Shown one piece after another: positions 14,142-27,900 of a stretch of DNA of 64,000 nt. The stretch covers positions 4,836,001-4,900,000 of the forward strand of contig CP075496.1 of NCBI GenBank assembly GCA_021613535.1, in the 5' to 3' direction. Made by a program: the position numbers and the translations under genes. This stretch comes from Adineta vaga (Eukaryota; Animalia; Rotifera). Under the pieces are notes generated by a model. It did not search any database and had not been told where the DNA came from. It worked only from the letters and a program-made list of their open reading frames with translations. Within the stretch, counting starts at the first letter, position 1; each line of letters begins with the position of its first letter.

Positions 14142-17100
14142 ATGTACTGTGCATGACTGGGTGTGATGTACTAAGAGAAAGAAAAGCAGCTCATGCTGTC
14201 AAAAAAACGAAAGATAACTTGAATATGTATATATATTTGCTCGATTCATCTTAATATATGTCTTTATCTTCATTTAAACTCATTCGTTAGGGTTCAACTT
14301 ATTGGTATATCAGATATACATAGACAACGACTCACATTTTAATCGATAAAGTAAAAGAGGTTGGTCCAGATCAACCCTCTTCTAACCGATGAGAGAAGGC
14401 GATGAACGAGTCGTAATGGGAAATTGAATGAACAATCGAGTAGAGAGAGACAGAGACAGAGACAGAGAAAGGGAGAGAGAGAGAGTTAACGATCGACCGG
14501 CAATCACCAGCAGAGTACTAATGTCCTTGCTTAATGGTAATAGTATTGTCGTATTAGTTACTTTCGAAACTTATCATTGAATTGGTTCGATGCAAACGAG
14601 GCAGCATATTAGGTGGAGTGAAAAAGAACAGCACGAGAGAATGAGAAGAAGAAAAAGAAGAAGAAGAAGACGACGACGAAAAAAAGAAAGAAAGCCATGC
14701 TCGTGTTACCTATCCGCTCTTGACATACTCCTAACACTTCGCAATGCAAAGTAATAGACGCCGAAGCGAACGACAAAAACAAGCTGTGGCAAGCAACAGC
14801 AGCAGCAACAGCGGCGGCATGAATGACAATGTTGGTGGTAAATACGGCAAACGCATATATATATATATAAAAGTAAATTTACATAAGGCATACACATACA
14901 CACACACACCAAATGTCGCATAAATTGAAAAAGTAATATGTAAAGAAAGAAAAGAAATGGACCACAAACGATAACTAATAATATATATATATATATAACA
15001 AACCGTCAAGAGTTCAAGTACTATATCTCAAGATCTATTTGATACTGATGATGATGACGACAACGACGACGACCATAGAATTGACTTTTTAAAAGTACTA
15101 GTAGGAACGTGACGATGATGTAATCATTATTACTATGTTGTACATCATTAATATCGTAAATATGAATGTCTGGATGGAAAGAATATGGAATGCATACGAA
15201 CATATATACATACAGTCATCAAAATGGATGACCCCACTTTTCTCATTTTCTATACCTCCTCTCGTCTTTCTTTTTCTTCTTCTTCTTCTTCTTCGTCTTT
15301 TTTCTTGTGCTCTACTCTGACTAAAGGGATTTGATTGACAAACACACACGCATTCAAGAGAAAAAATGGGAAGAGATTGCTATGACTATATTTGGCGCGA
15401 GAAATGCATGTGTCCCTTGTGTGACAACTATCGATCTTATCTTGTGCTTTATCTCATCCATTCAAGGTGGATCTTCTACAATATATGTCAAGAGGGACAG
15501 AGAGAAAGAAAAAGGGGGAGAGAGAGAACGACGATTAAGAATTGTTGTATTAGCTTGAAAGATGCGACTAATTGATGTCATGAAAAAATGGAAGTACAAA
15601 CGAATAAAAGAAAATGAATGTTGAAATTTCGATGAGTTTTCATTTGACTTCTGTTACTACTTATATATGTGTTTTTGCACGTATTCAAAACACATTTTCA
15701 CCGGAAGACAAATGAGTTGGTAAGCGAAAGCCGAATGATGTAATAAGCAATTTATTTTTTTTTCCGAACTACTACAATCATAGATGACAGGAAAAGATAT
15801 ACATATGAATGTATGTTGCATGATAGTTAAACTCACTTGATATATTACTTTGTCTCGGAGATGAAAAAGAAAAGTCCGATCAAAATAACCTTCTGAAATA
15901 TATATCTCACTTAATGATAATAATTGATGTTTTCATTTTCTAGAAACTATCATTTGTTCTTTTTCTTTCATGTTTTAATACTAAAGATTCTTCTTTGTAT
16001 TTATCATTTACATATTTCATCAATGGTAAACATATGTGATGAACGAGAGATAATTAGTCTGATTGTAAAAAGAAGATATCAGTGACATTCTTAGCAAGTT
16101 AGTGATAGAGATCTTAAGAGATTTCCTTGCATTTCAATAATCGCAAACAGAAAAGATAATCATTGTTCTATAATAAACAACAAGTCTATATAATCAATGT
16201 AGTTTATCAATATATACATATACATATATATTTATGCAAGAGAAAAGATAATAATAATATGAAATGAGCAGAGATCATTTTTTCTTGAAGAAAATCTATA
16301 AACTATTCATCAAGTGTTTATCATTTCCTTTGTATTACTCAAGATGACAATTACTTACAAAAGTAAAACATGCAAACATGAAATCAACTTAATTTGTCCG
16401 AGTTTTTCTCCGTAGAATAATCTAAAATGAAAGAGAAAGATAGAACAAAATGTATTCCAGATTGACTTAATATCGACGACGATGATGATAATAGTGATGA
16501 CAGAATCCATACTGGCCTTGTTACAGTTATCTTGTCTTGAAAAGCGAAGAAAAGCCTGATTAGCAAGTAATCACACGTCGTCATCATTTGTTTACAAGAT
16601 AAAAAAAGACGCACGTAGGCATAAATGTACATATATTAAAAGATCTGCAACTGATCATCCTTTTTTTTTGACTTACCCGTCAGATAAAAAGAAATATAAA
16701 ATTAGACGCTCTTTAACCTTTCCTAGAATGGCAAAGAAAATGTAACAGAGATTTATACAATGACAAACTTTCTTATATACTAAGATTTCCTTCAAGCAAT
16801 TGTACAATGTGCATGTCATGAGCAAAGAGGCCAAACAAGCAAACATATGCAGGCACTTGATCTCTTATCTTGATGCATCTATATTGGCATCAATGAGTTT
16901 CACTATCTAGACGACAGTTGAAATAGAAAGATAGAGAAACTCGATGTTGTTTACAGATCGATGCACTAATTGGCATGCAAACTTATCGAACACTCATACG
17001 AGAGAGATAGTTAAATAGATGGATAGCCGATCGGATGTGATGCGACGAAGGCAGTGTTGCACAAACATACAGTTTTTTCTCTTATCGCCTAAAGGCGGGC

Positions 17101-18398
17101 ATGCATCAACATGGGAGGAACTTTTTTTTTTGACAGAATTAGATTGTCATCATACAGTGACTTATATAAATATATACATAGACAGACAGACAGATCAGGA
17201 ATGAAAGAAGAAAATCATATTTGATGAATTGAAGAAAAGACATACACTTAATGAATATAAACTTTTCGATGATCGTTAAATGTCAATGTTCGAATACTTG
17301 CCAGAGGATTGAATGAAGGTCAAGAAAGGAGAGAAAAGAGAAAAGAAAATAAGAAATATGTGACTGTAGTTTTATCAACTGTGAATTCTGTTATTCTTAG
17401 AAATTCGTTATACAGATGTAGAAGAAGAAAAATAGAAGATAATTATCTACCTCATCTCAAACTAGTCTTATCAATGACCTGAACAAAAACTTATTAATAC
17501 AATATTCTTTATTGACGAGATAATTAATTAATGCGTTCATCAATCTTATAGAATGAGCGAAGATTTCTTTAGTATCTGATTGACATTTAAATTGACTTAT
17601 CTGTTCTCCTATACAAATTACGTTAAAATATTTCCGTTTCAAGATTGCATCGGCCATCTGAAAAAGAAAACATAGTTGCAAAAACCCCGGAAATAATTAT
17701 CATTTGAAGATAACTAGAATTAGAAGCTCATAAATATTCAATTGAAATCGTACAAAGTACCGACGTAGAGTTTTTTTTCTCTGAATAAGAAAGAAAAGAA
17801 CCTCATTGTCTTCTGTCATTAAAAGAAATCTGTCTTGTGTTAATAAAAATATTGTTTATTGTCGATTTGTTGACCTTCTGATCAACTCATAATTGAGCAT
17901 GACATCGTCTTATTTATTTTTTCATGATATAATAGCTTACATATCAAGGTTACAAACGACATTTTTCCCATCACGATATGTTGAAATATGTATACATATA
18001 TACTGTTTTATTCAATGACAAAGATAAAACTTATGAAACACATTGATTTATGACATTAATTTTGATAAATGTGAAGATAGAAAAGTACTTATACATTATT
18101 ATGATAATAAAAAGAAATTTTATGTCAAATTTCTATTATTTAAAATATAAATAAACATTTCTGTTGAAAGATGGTGAATGGAATGTTCTTAGTAAAATAG
18201 CTTTTTATAACCTATGAAATTTGAATATATTGAGTGAAAGAAAGATGATTTATTTTTATTCTGAATCATTAAAGAAAAGATGAAAGTGACACATTCTTTT
18301 TTTTCTTTTCCTTCTTATTTTTATACAGGAAAAAGAATATATTAGAAATTACGAAATTTCTTTGATAAATAATGAAATTAAGTGAAGATTTATATGAG

Positions 18399-18403
18399 AA
18401 AAA
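18399..18403 (-). terminator. RNA polymerase III terminator (T5) just downstream of the tRNA
   Basis: TTTTT on the minus strand, 2 nt after the discriminator base. Confidence 0.7.
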
Positions 18404-18405
18404 CT

Positions 18406-18477
18406 TATCGGTGCCGGGATTTGAACCCGGGCCAGAGCATTTAGAGTGCTCTATCCTAACCACTAGACCACACCGAT
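18406..18477 (-). tRNA. tRNA with CUA anticodon (amber suppressor-type), Glu/Gln-like body
   Basis: Minus strand reads ATCGGTG TG GTCT AGTGGTTA GGAT A GAGCA CTCTAAA TGCTC TGGC CCGGG TTCAAAT CCCGG CACCGAT A. This gives a 7-bp acceptor stem, D arm, 5-bp anticodon stem with 7-nt loop (U33, CUA, A37), 4-nt variable loop and 5-bp T arm. A and B boxes are intact. Confidence 0.92.
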
Positions 18478-18940
18478 TTGATCAATTGACGAAAGCATAC
18501 TGTTGACAATTCAGTGAATTTCTTTGTCATCATTTTGTCACTTAACAAATTTACATACATTTGTATGTTCTGATATTGCATTTACTTCCATGCAAATAGT
18601 TTGACAAAATCAAGATTCTAGATATCAGCAGATGTATTCGATATAGTTCGAAGAAAACTGTTTGAACATTACTTCAGATTCTCAAAACATAAATTTTGTT
18701 CAAAATAATATAAATTTAATGAAAAAGAAGAAAGAAGTGTATCGTTGATTTATTCTATATATCTTACTCTCGAGTTTCTTACTGACTGAAATCTTTAAGA
18801 GATATTGTGAATAAGTCAAAAGTAGTTTTGAATTAATTTATTTGTTGATAATGTTTTTAGAAAAGCACTTTACAAAATCATTGGGAATAGAAGAAAAAAG
18901 TATCTTTTTAATGGAAATTAGTGAAAAAAGTTCTTTATAT

Positions 18941-21900
18941 TTATGTATCACTGCTTGCTGCAGTTTCACTGTAAGCAGGATTTGTTATTGGACCCAATGC
19001 TTGTGCTCCCATTAACGGTAAACTTGCTCGATCTCTAGAAAAATAATAAAGAAAATGAACAAATAAGTAATCGTTTTCTAAAGATAAAACTATTCTATAC
19101 GTACCTAGCAGCACGAATACGTGGTAGAACAAAAATATATCCTAGTACAACAAGAGCAATGGCTGCAATAGCACCGAATATTCCTCCCACAATGGCACCC
19201 ACTGAAAGTACATGCATAGATTGAATATATTTTAATAAAAGATTTCGAGTCACTTACCATTACTCTTCTTTTTCGGTGGTTCTTTATTTTCACATTGTGG
19301 ACCGGTAAAACCAGGTTTACATCTTGAAAATATATTAATCAATCAACAAAACAATCTTTTTCAAAAAACAATACACTTACTCGCACATTGGTTTGCCAAC
19401 TTCTGTTGGTGATGGTTTACAAATACCATGATTATAACAAGTGTATTGAGCACATTCTAAACGGAAGATGAATAAAGTCAATTAGCCTATGAAGATTTTG
19501 TACGAGAGAAAACAAATATTTACCACTAGGTGTTGTAGTTGTTGTAACTGTGCTTGTTGTTGATGGACCTGTATATGTAGTCGTTGTTGTTGATCCTGGT
19601 GTAGTGGTTGTTGTTGTTGTTGAAGAGCCTGTGTATGGTGTTGGTGTAGGTTTTGTTGGTATTGTTCCATTATATTTAGAACATTGTGGTGTAAACGTTA
19701 TATCATCGATTGCCATGATTGCATCACGATCAGCACCAGTTTTGACACCAATCATAATCTATTTTAGAATAAAATACAAAATAATTTATAATTATAAAAA
19801 CAGATTTCTTGTTTTTAATGTTACTTCTGTTGCACTGATTAAGACTGCACTTAATGGAACATCAATGCGTTGCCATGAACATCGTGTTGAATTCGTTGGA
19901 CATGATGTATAACTGGAGATGGCGAGAGATTTCATATCACCTCCGATTTCATATCGATAATTAACTAATAATTGTCCATTATACGAACTCTTGAAATAAA
20001 TCCAAAAACGCATTGTACATCCTTGGTCAACTGTTGGTGCTAGATAAGTTGATATAGCTGCGAATGAATCACGTGGAGTTGTTGCATTCAATCGTAATAA
20101 ATAGAAATGTCCCTTTAAAAAAAAAGCATCGAATGGATTTATCAAAAACAAAATATATTAAAAAATTTATGTTTCAACTTACAAGATGACTACGTGTTGT
20201 ATGATCGTAAGGTGGTCGTTGTTGGTATAACAATGCATTAGTACGATATCTTTCCCATATTAATTCACTACCAGATGTTGTTTCCCATGAACATGAATCT
20301 TGTTCAAAATCACATCTAATCAAAAGATAGACGAAATGCGTTTCTCTCAAACATCTATTTCATTTTCTTCTTACCGATGATAATCATAACAGACATAATC
20401 TTCTTCATCACTACCGTCGCAGCAATCTAATTCATAATCACATTTACTTGTTTGGGGCACACAGTGTCGACTTTGACACATAAATTGAGTTGAATCGCCT
20501 GCTGCACATGTTGGTGTAACGACTGGTTCTTCATAACATTGTTCAAAGCGGAAATCATCTAATGCTATATCACCAGTAAATGATGTACCACGTATACCTT
20601 CAACAATAATATTAAATTGTGATGCACATGTTGGTAAATAAGCTATTCCTTGTAACCAATCCTTTCCTTGACTTCCTTTCAATGACCATATTAATGTATC
20701 CATACCACCTGCACGTATATGAATGTTTAGTGTATCGATTGTCGCACCAAACATATGATACCTATGTAAAAGACGAAAGTCAGTTTTCAACAATATATTT
20801 TCGATATTTTCATTTTACCAGAATGTGAACATGCAAGTTTTTGATGATTTACGATACAATGGACTGATAAGACGAGCACTATCACCAGTAAAACCTGTAC
20901 TTGTTTCCAAATAGATATATGTTCCGTTGATACTATGTGTTGTATGATCTGTTTTAAAAAAAGAATATAAAAAAAAACAGTTTTGAATATTTTTTTCAAC
21001 GTTCATTGTCAAAAACAAAACTCTTACCATAACTTGGACCTGTATCAGATGATGCTGTATTACCACTACCAAAATCCCATTGAAGTTTTTGTTTCTTATC
21101 ATTTGTCCATTGACATAATGATTTTTGTTCAAAATTACATGCTAATGGGCATGCTAATTCATCCGTTTGATCTTTACAGTCAATATAGAAATTACAGAAT
21201 GCATCGTTTGGTATACATTGACTTGTAGTGGTTAGACATTGTGAATGTGTTGCATTACAAGGTGGAGTTCCTGTTACAGGAGGAACAGTTGTTGGTAGTG
21301 TTGATTGTGATTGTAATGTGCAACTTGGTGTAAAACTTATATCATCAACACCAATATCACCTATGAATAGATAGATTTGAATATAAAAAAGTTCAAGAGA
21401 AATTTTCGAATAAAAACTACCTTCATAACCTTTACCACGAACACCTTCAATCAGAACTTGAAAAGGTTGTGCAGAATTGAGTACAAGTTTACGACGTAAC
21501 CATTCATCACCTTTCTCACCGGTTTGACTCCAAAGTAGATTTAATTTACCACCAACATTAGAACGTGTATAAATATTCAATGCTCCAATGTCATAGCCAT
21601 ACATATGATACCAGAATCTAAAATGACAATTACCAGATGTTGTTGGAGCAAATACTGGACTAATAACACGTGCAGTATCATTTGGTTTACGAGGTGAACT
21701 TGTTTCCAAATATAGTAAATGACCTTTTGATGTTCCTGAAATTAAAAATAGAAATATAAATTGTTTTTATTGTTTTATTTTTTTTCAATCTTACCTAATG
21801 TATGATCACGATCGGGTCCATAGATTTGCCAAAAATCATCATACCAATTGTTATTATTAATTTGATCACCACGCACACGTTGCCAACGGAAATCAGCATC

Positions 21901-24900
21901 AGTGTCATGTGACCATGAACAGAATGGATCAGCATGATTTTCAAAATCACACATCGCTACATAATTATCACAAACACTTTCATCAGTACTATCACCGCAA
22001 TCATCACTGTAATCGCATAACTAGAAGAAAAGCAATCGTATCAAAGAGATATATTCATCTGAAAACAAACACTAGTCTTACATTATCTTGATGAATACAA
22101 TTTCCATTAGAACAGTTGAATGGATCAGGATAACTTTCACAATGAATAGGTCCTTGTGAACCACAATCTTCGAATTTAAAGTCATCGATTGATATATCAG
22201 ATGATATTGTTGATCCACCATGTGTTGAAATAAAGACCAATCGAAAACCAGTACGTCTTCGTCCGATACTAACTCTAACCAATGACCATTGTCGGCCAAT
22301 TGTTGTTCGTGGATCTGTCCAAAGTCTTGTTGAATATTGATTATCATCTTCCAAATATAGTGATAATGTACCATCTTTATCGCGATTACGATATAAACCA
22401 AATATTACATGACACGATGCAAGTGTTGACGCAATACGTTCTGATTCCAATCGACTACCACCAGCAAATGAACCTGCACCACCAGCAATATTCATTACAA
22501 AACCACTTGTTTTATCTAAAAATACACATAGATCACAATGAGCCTATGAATATCGGTTTTGTGTTCAGAAAAATCAACGTACTTGTTGTTAAATCACCAG
22601 GCATGAGTGAAATTGATGACGCATTTCGTCGTGCCCAAATATAAAATCCCGTACTTTCATCTTTCCAACCACATGTAGATGTTTCAAAATCACATTGACC
22701 ACAATCCATTTCATCTTCACCTTGTGAACAATCTGCTACAAAATTACAACGCTAAAAAAATATTGAAAGCACTTGCATGTTTTTTTGTCTATTAATTCTA
22801 ATAAAAACTTATTACCTTCTCTTTTGCGATACATGTACCATCTTTACATTGGAATGCACATACTGGACGTGTACTTGTTCCGGTTGGTTTCGTTGTTGTT
22901 CCATAGTCTAAGTATTGATCTGTATGAGTGCATTGTGATGAAAATGAGATATCATCCAAGGCAATATAACCACCACCACCTAAACTTCGTACTTCAATAA
23001 GTAATTCGTATTTTGGTCCTGTTGGTATGAAGACTTCTTGTCTTTCCCAATGATCACCTAGTACTTTTGATGTTGACCATAAATATGTTGTTTGTCCTGC
23101 TGTTAGATTTCGAATCATGAAAGTTAATTCACCTGCACTTGTTGCACTGTTCATATAATAATAAAATCTCACTTTGCAACCATTCGTTGGAATAATACGA
23201 GATGATTTCAATCGACCAGAACGTCCTACATCTTGACCAATAGTGTTGACATATACAAATGAACCTGCTAAATTATTTAATGTATGATCTCTTTCAGGTG
23301 CATATTCATCAACTAATTGAAAAGCACGTGCTCGTTCAAATTTAAGTTCTGTATTGTATTCATTTGAGAATTTGCATAGATCTGTTTCAAAATTACAACT
23401 AAAACGAAACAAATAATTAATAAAGGTTTATTCTCTCTTTCTCTATCTATTCGTATATATATATATATATATTTACCCAGGTGCAACAGTAGGTCTTGTA
23501 CAAAGTGTTTTTTCTTCATCACTATTATCACCACAATCATCACTATAATCACATACACGACTCTGATCAATACAACCACCGCGTTTACACTGAAATTGAG
23601 TACTATCACAAGTTGCTGTTTCATTGTTTATTATTGGTAAATTACAACCAATCCATTCTACGTCATCAATTGTAATATCAGCTAGTGTTGTTGCTGTTTT
23701 TCTTGCATCAAAACGAATACGGAATGGACGATATAGACGTCCAACTTTTACAACAGCTTTACGCCAACGATCACCTTGATTACCTTCGATCGACCATAAA
23801 CGACTTTTTTCTAAACCTTCAATAAGTAAAACTTCAAGACGACCAACATTGACGCCTGACATATGATAATAAAATGCGACTTCACATGTTGATGATGATT
23901 GTTGAAGTATTGGTGAAATTAAATGTGCTTGATCATCAATTGTGCCATTATTTGTTGATACAATCATATAGTAACCATTTGCTGAGAATGTCGTATGATC
24001 AATAGGTGGACTTGAACTTGTACCACCTGTATTAAGACCAGCTCGTTGTCGTCGCCATTTATATAAGCCTGCTGATGGATCTGTATATTTACATTGATCA
24101 CGTTCAAATGTACAATCATAACCGCATGCACTTTCATCAGCACCATTTAGACAATCTTTATTAAAATCACATACTTGACTTGTTGGTATACATTGTTGTG
24201 TACCAGTAATTGTATCACATCGAACTGAACAATTACTTGGTAATACTGGACATGCTCCATAGATTAATTCAAAATCATCAAGCATCAAACGACCTACACC
24301 ACTGACACTAATAGCTTCTAATAATAAACGATAAACTTTCGTTGTTTGATTAGTTAATTGATTTAATACAATTTGATTGACTTTCCATTCATTTTTAAAA
24401 TCGTCACTTTCATGTTTAAATAATTGCATACGTACTGTTAAATTAGCAAATGATTGTCGATTGATTGTTAACGTAGCTTGACCATCACCATAACGTCTGT
24501 AATAATATTGAAAACAATATTGTGCTGTATTATCTAAATCAGCTGATATCAAAACAGCACGACTTGATGGTTGTACAGTTGCTGTCATATCAAATGCAAG
24601 ATATGTTCCGTAAATTGTTCCGATAGTATTATCACCTGGATCACCACGCATACGTATCCAATCAATTTGTCGATCAATTTCAGCGTTTTTATATGTACAC
24701 ATGTCTTGTTCAAAATCACAATTGCCAAGTTCTGGACAAGCTCGTTCTTTCATTAAGATATCATCAATAGCAATGTCCTACAGAGAGTGAACACATTTAG
24801 ATGTGTACAAATTATAATTAATAAAAATACTTACTCCTTCATAACTCTTGCCAACAATACCTTCAAAAATAATATTGTACGGTCTAGGTGCAACAATATT

Positions 24901-27900
24901 AATTTCTTGTACATGCCATTCATTAAAACGATCTCCTTTTGCAGTAAACAGTTTCGATGGAACTAATGAACCACCAACATCACGTTTATAAACATTCAAT
25001 GTATCGACATCAGCACCTAATTGATGATAATAGAATTGTAAGCAATTATATTCTTTTGATGCTGGAAATGTGGGACTAATTAACCGAGCAATATCACCGG
25101 GTTGACGTGGATAACTTGTTTCAATAAACATATAATAGCCTAAGAATAAAATAGATAGATAATTATAAAGATATTCTGATTTCATTTTTCTTTTCTTCAT
25201 TCTTTACCTTCTGCTGTAAATGTTGTATGATCATATGGTGGACCGGTATACCAACTTTCTGTTTTTCCTTTATTACGGGTCCAATTAAATGTACCTGATG
25301 GATCATAAGTATAACCACAGATATCTTGCGATTCAAAATCACAGAAACGTTGTACTGGACAAGGACCTAGAGAAAGCAAATAATTGTGTTATCTTCTTTT
25401 TTATTCTAGATCAATTAATATATACCTTCTTTCGTTACGATATCATCAATAGCAATATTATCTGAATCAGCTACGACGAAACCAACAATAGCTTCAAGAA
25501 TAAATTGATAATTACCATATGTTTCTCGATAGATAATTGCTTCACGCCAATCGATATCTAAATTTGGACGTAGACTATAAACTAATGTAGCATTTTGTTC
25601 ATTGGATGCTTTTTGTAAGAGATTTAATTTTCCTTGTCGTGAACCATAAGCACGATACCAGAATCGAAAACATATTCCACGAGTTGGTATAGATGTCATT
25701 GTACTTATCAAACGAGCTGTTTGATTACTCTTCAAATCCGATGTATCAAGATACCAACCATCTTGTGTTTGTAATGTATGATCTAAATAAAAATCATTTA
25801 ACCAATTATTTAGCAAAATAATTGAAATCCTTAGTTTTTTTCCCTATCTTACCGTAATGAGGACCAGTATGAAAATCACTTGGTTGACCTTGATGTCGTG
25901 ACCATTTACCAGATACTGTTAAGTCATGTGTCCATTTACATGTGTCATTTTCGAAATTACAAGATAATGGTGTATGTCCACCGATTGTAGTCACCGGGGC
26001 TCTAGTTGTAGTCGTTGTTGGAATTGTACAATGTGAACCTGTCATAACTAGAATATCATCAAGAGCCATATCTCCTCTATAATCACCACCATGAACACCT
26101 TTGAAAAGAAAATAAGAGCAATTAATACAAGAAATTTAATGTCGATTTTATTACCCTCAATAATAAAATAGAATTCTGCTGCCATATTTACATTAACTGC
26201 TCCCATTCGCCATTGATCGCCGTGATCTCCATTCAAACTACAAATAGAGGAAATAGTTGCTATATTAAAATAGTAAATTTCTTCTCACCTCCATTCAAGT
26301 TGTGGTTGTGAAGTACCAATACGTGAGTAAACATTTAATGTACCAATATCTGGACCATAAAGATGATACCAAAATACTAGACAATGAGGACCAGCATCAT
26401 AATGTTCCGAAATAAGCCATGCTTTATGACTTGTATTGAATGCATCACTTGCTTCAATATAGATATACATTCCTTCGGGTGTTCCAAATGTATGATCGAC
26501 ACTAGGACCTGTTCCATAACTTGGTGTTTCACCTGAATTACGTAACCAATCAAAATCATCAACAACACCATTTTCCCCATTGGCCCAAGTACAAAAATCT
26601 TCTTGGAATGTACATACTTCTGAACCAGGACATTCACCTTCGCTATTCGATATATCATCAATTGCCAAATCTAAAATCATGACAAACGTATGAATAAATA
26701 CGATCATCGAGAGATACCTTACCTCCAGTAGGTTTTGCACCAACGATGCCAGCAATTAAAATTTTGTATGTACTCATACCAAGTAATGGTGGAATATTTA
26801 TACGTGCTTGTCGCCAAATGTTATCTAATTATGAATAAAAAATATACATTTTTGTTTAATCAAAACTAAGAATTAAAGTTCTTACCTTGATTATTTAATC
26901 GTGTCCATAATGTTTTAGCTCGACCAATTTCAGGTTTTTGTTGAATTTGTAATATACCTTGATCAGCGCCAAAGAGATGATACCATAGCCGTAGACATCT
27001 TGGTTGACTACCTTTATAACTTGGTGACATAAGATAAGCTGTATCACCTTGTAAATGACCAGTAGCATTAATATACATAAAATGGCCAATGACCGATGAA
27101 AATGTATGATCTATATATTTATAAAATAAAATTTAACATATTCTTTTTATGATTTAAAATACATACCAATAGTAGGAGTACCACTTGGTGTTGAACCATT
27201 TCGACCACGAGACCAATTAAAATCACCTTCAGGATCATGTTCCCAACCTGCACATAATCCATGTTCAAAAGTACATTCGATTGTTGTTGGACATTCACCG
27301 ACATTGAGTTCAATATCATCTAGTGCAATATCACCATCAAAACTCTTTCCCACTAAAATAAATGTTAGAAAAATGCAATATATTATATCGAATTAAGTAC
27401 TATTTGCTATAAATATATCTATATACTTACCAATTCCTTCAAACACGACTTGATATGATTGTGTTGAATGATATTCGACTTGTCCCAGTCGCCAGATGTT
27501 TCCTTGAGGACCATTACGTGTAAAAACTGTTAAATTTGAGCTTGGTGTTTGTATCATGACATTGAGTGTACGTATATCAGCTCCGAACCTTTTTTTGTTC
27601 GAAGAAAACAAATGTATTAAAAATTTAAATCACACACTTCTTTTTTACTTACATATGATAGTAGAAATTAAGGCAATTTGTCAGTGCTGGTGGTATCATC
27701 GGACTTCGAAGCCAAGCTCGGTCACCAGGTTTTTGTGGAAGACTTGATTCAATAAAAACATAAGATCCTGTACCAGTTGTATGATCACCAGGTGGACCAG
27801 TTGCAACTGATGGTGTCTGTGATGAAATTCGTGTCCATTCAAAATCAGCTAAACCTTTAGTTTCCCAAGAACAAAAATCTGTTTCAAAATCACAATCGAG

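Noticed and set aside
12469-17681. Numerous 60-140 aa ORFs in the ORF track
   Set aside because: They translate microsatellites and low-complexity tracts (YIYIYI, SLSLSL, RRRR), with no motifs or splice-consistent structure.
18406-18477. Pyrrolysine tRNA (it shares the CUCUAAA loop)
   Set aside because: The body is a canonical eukaryotic cloverleaf (5-bp anticodon stem, GG in the D loop, TTC T loop), unlike tRNA-Pyl, and there are no pyl genes in the window.
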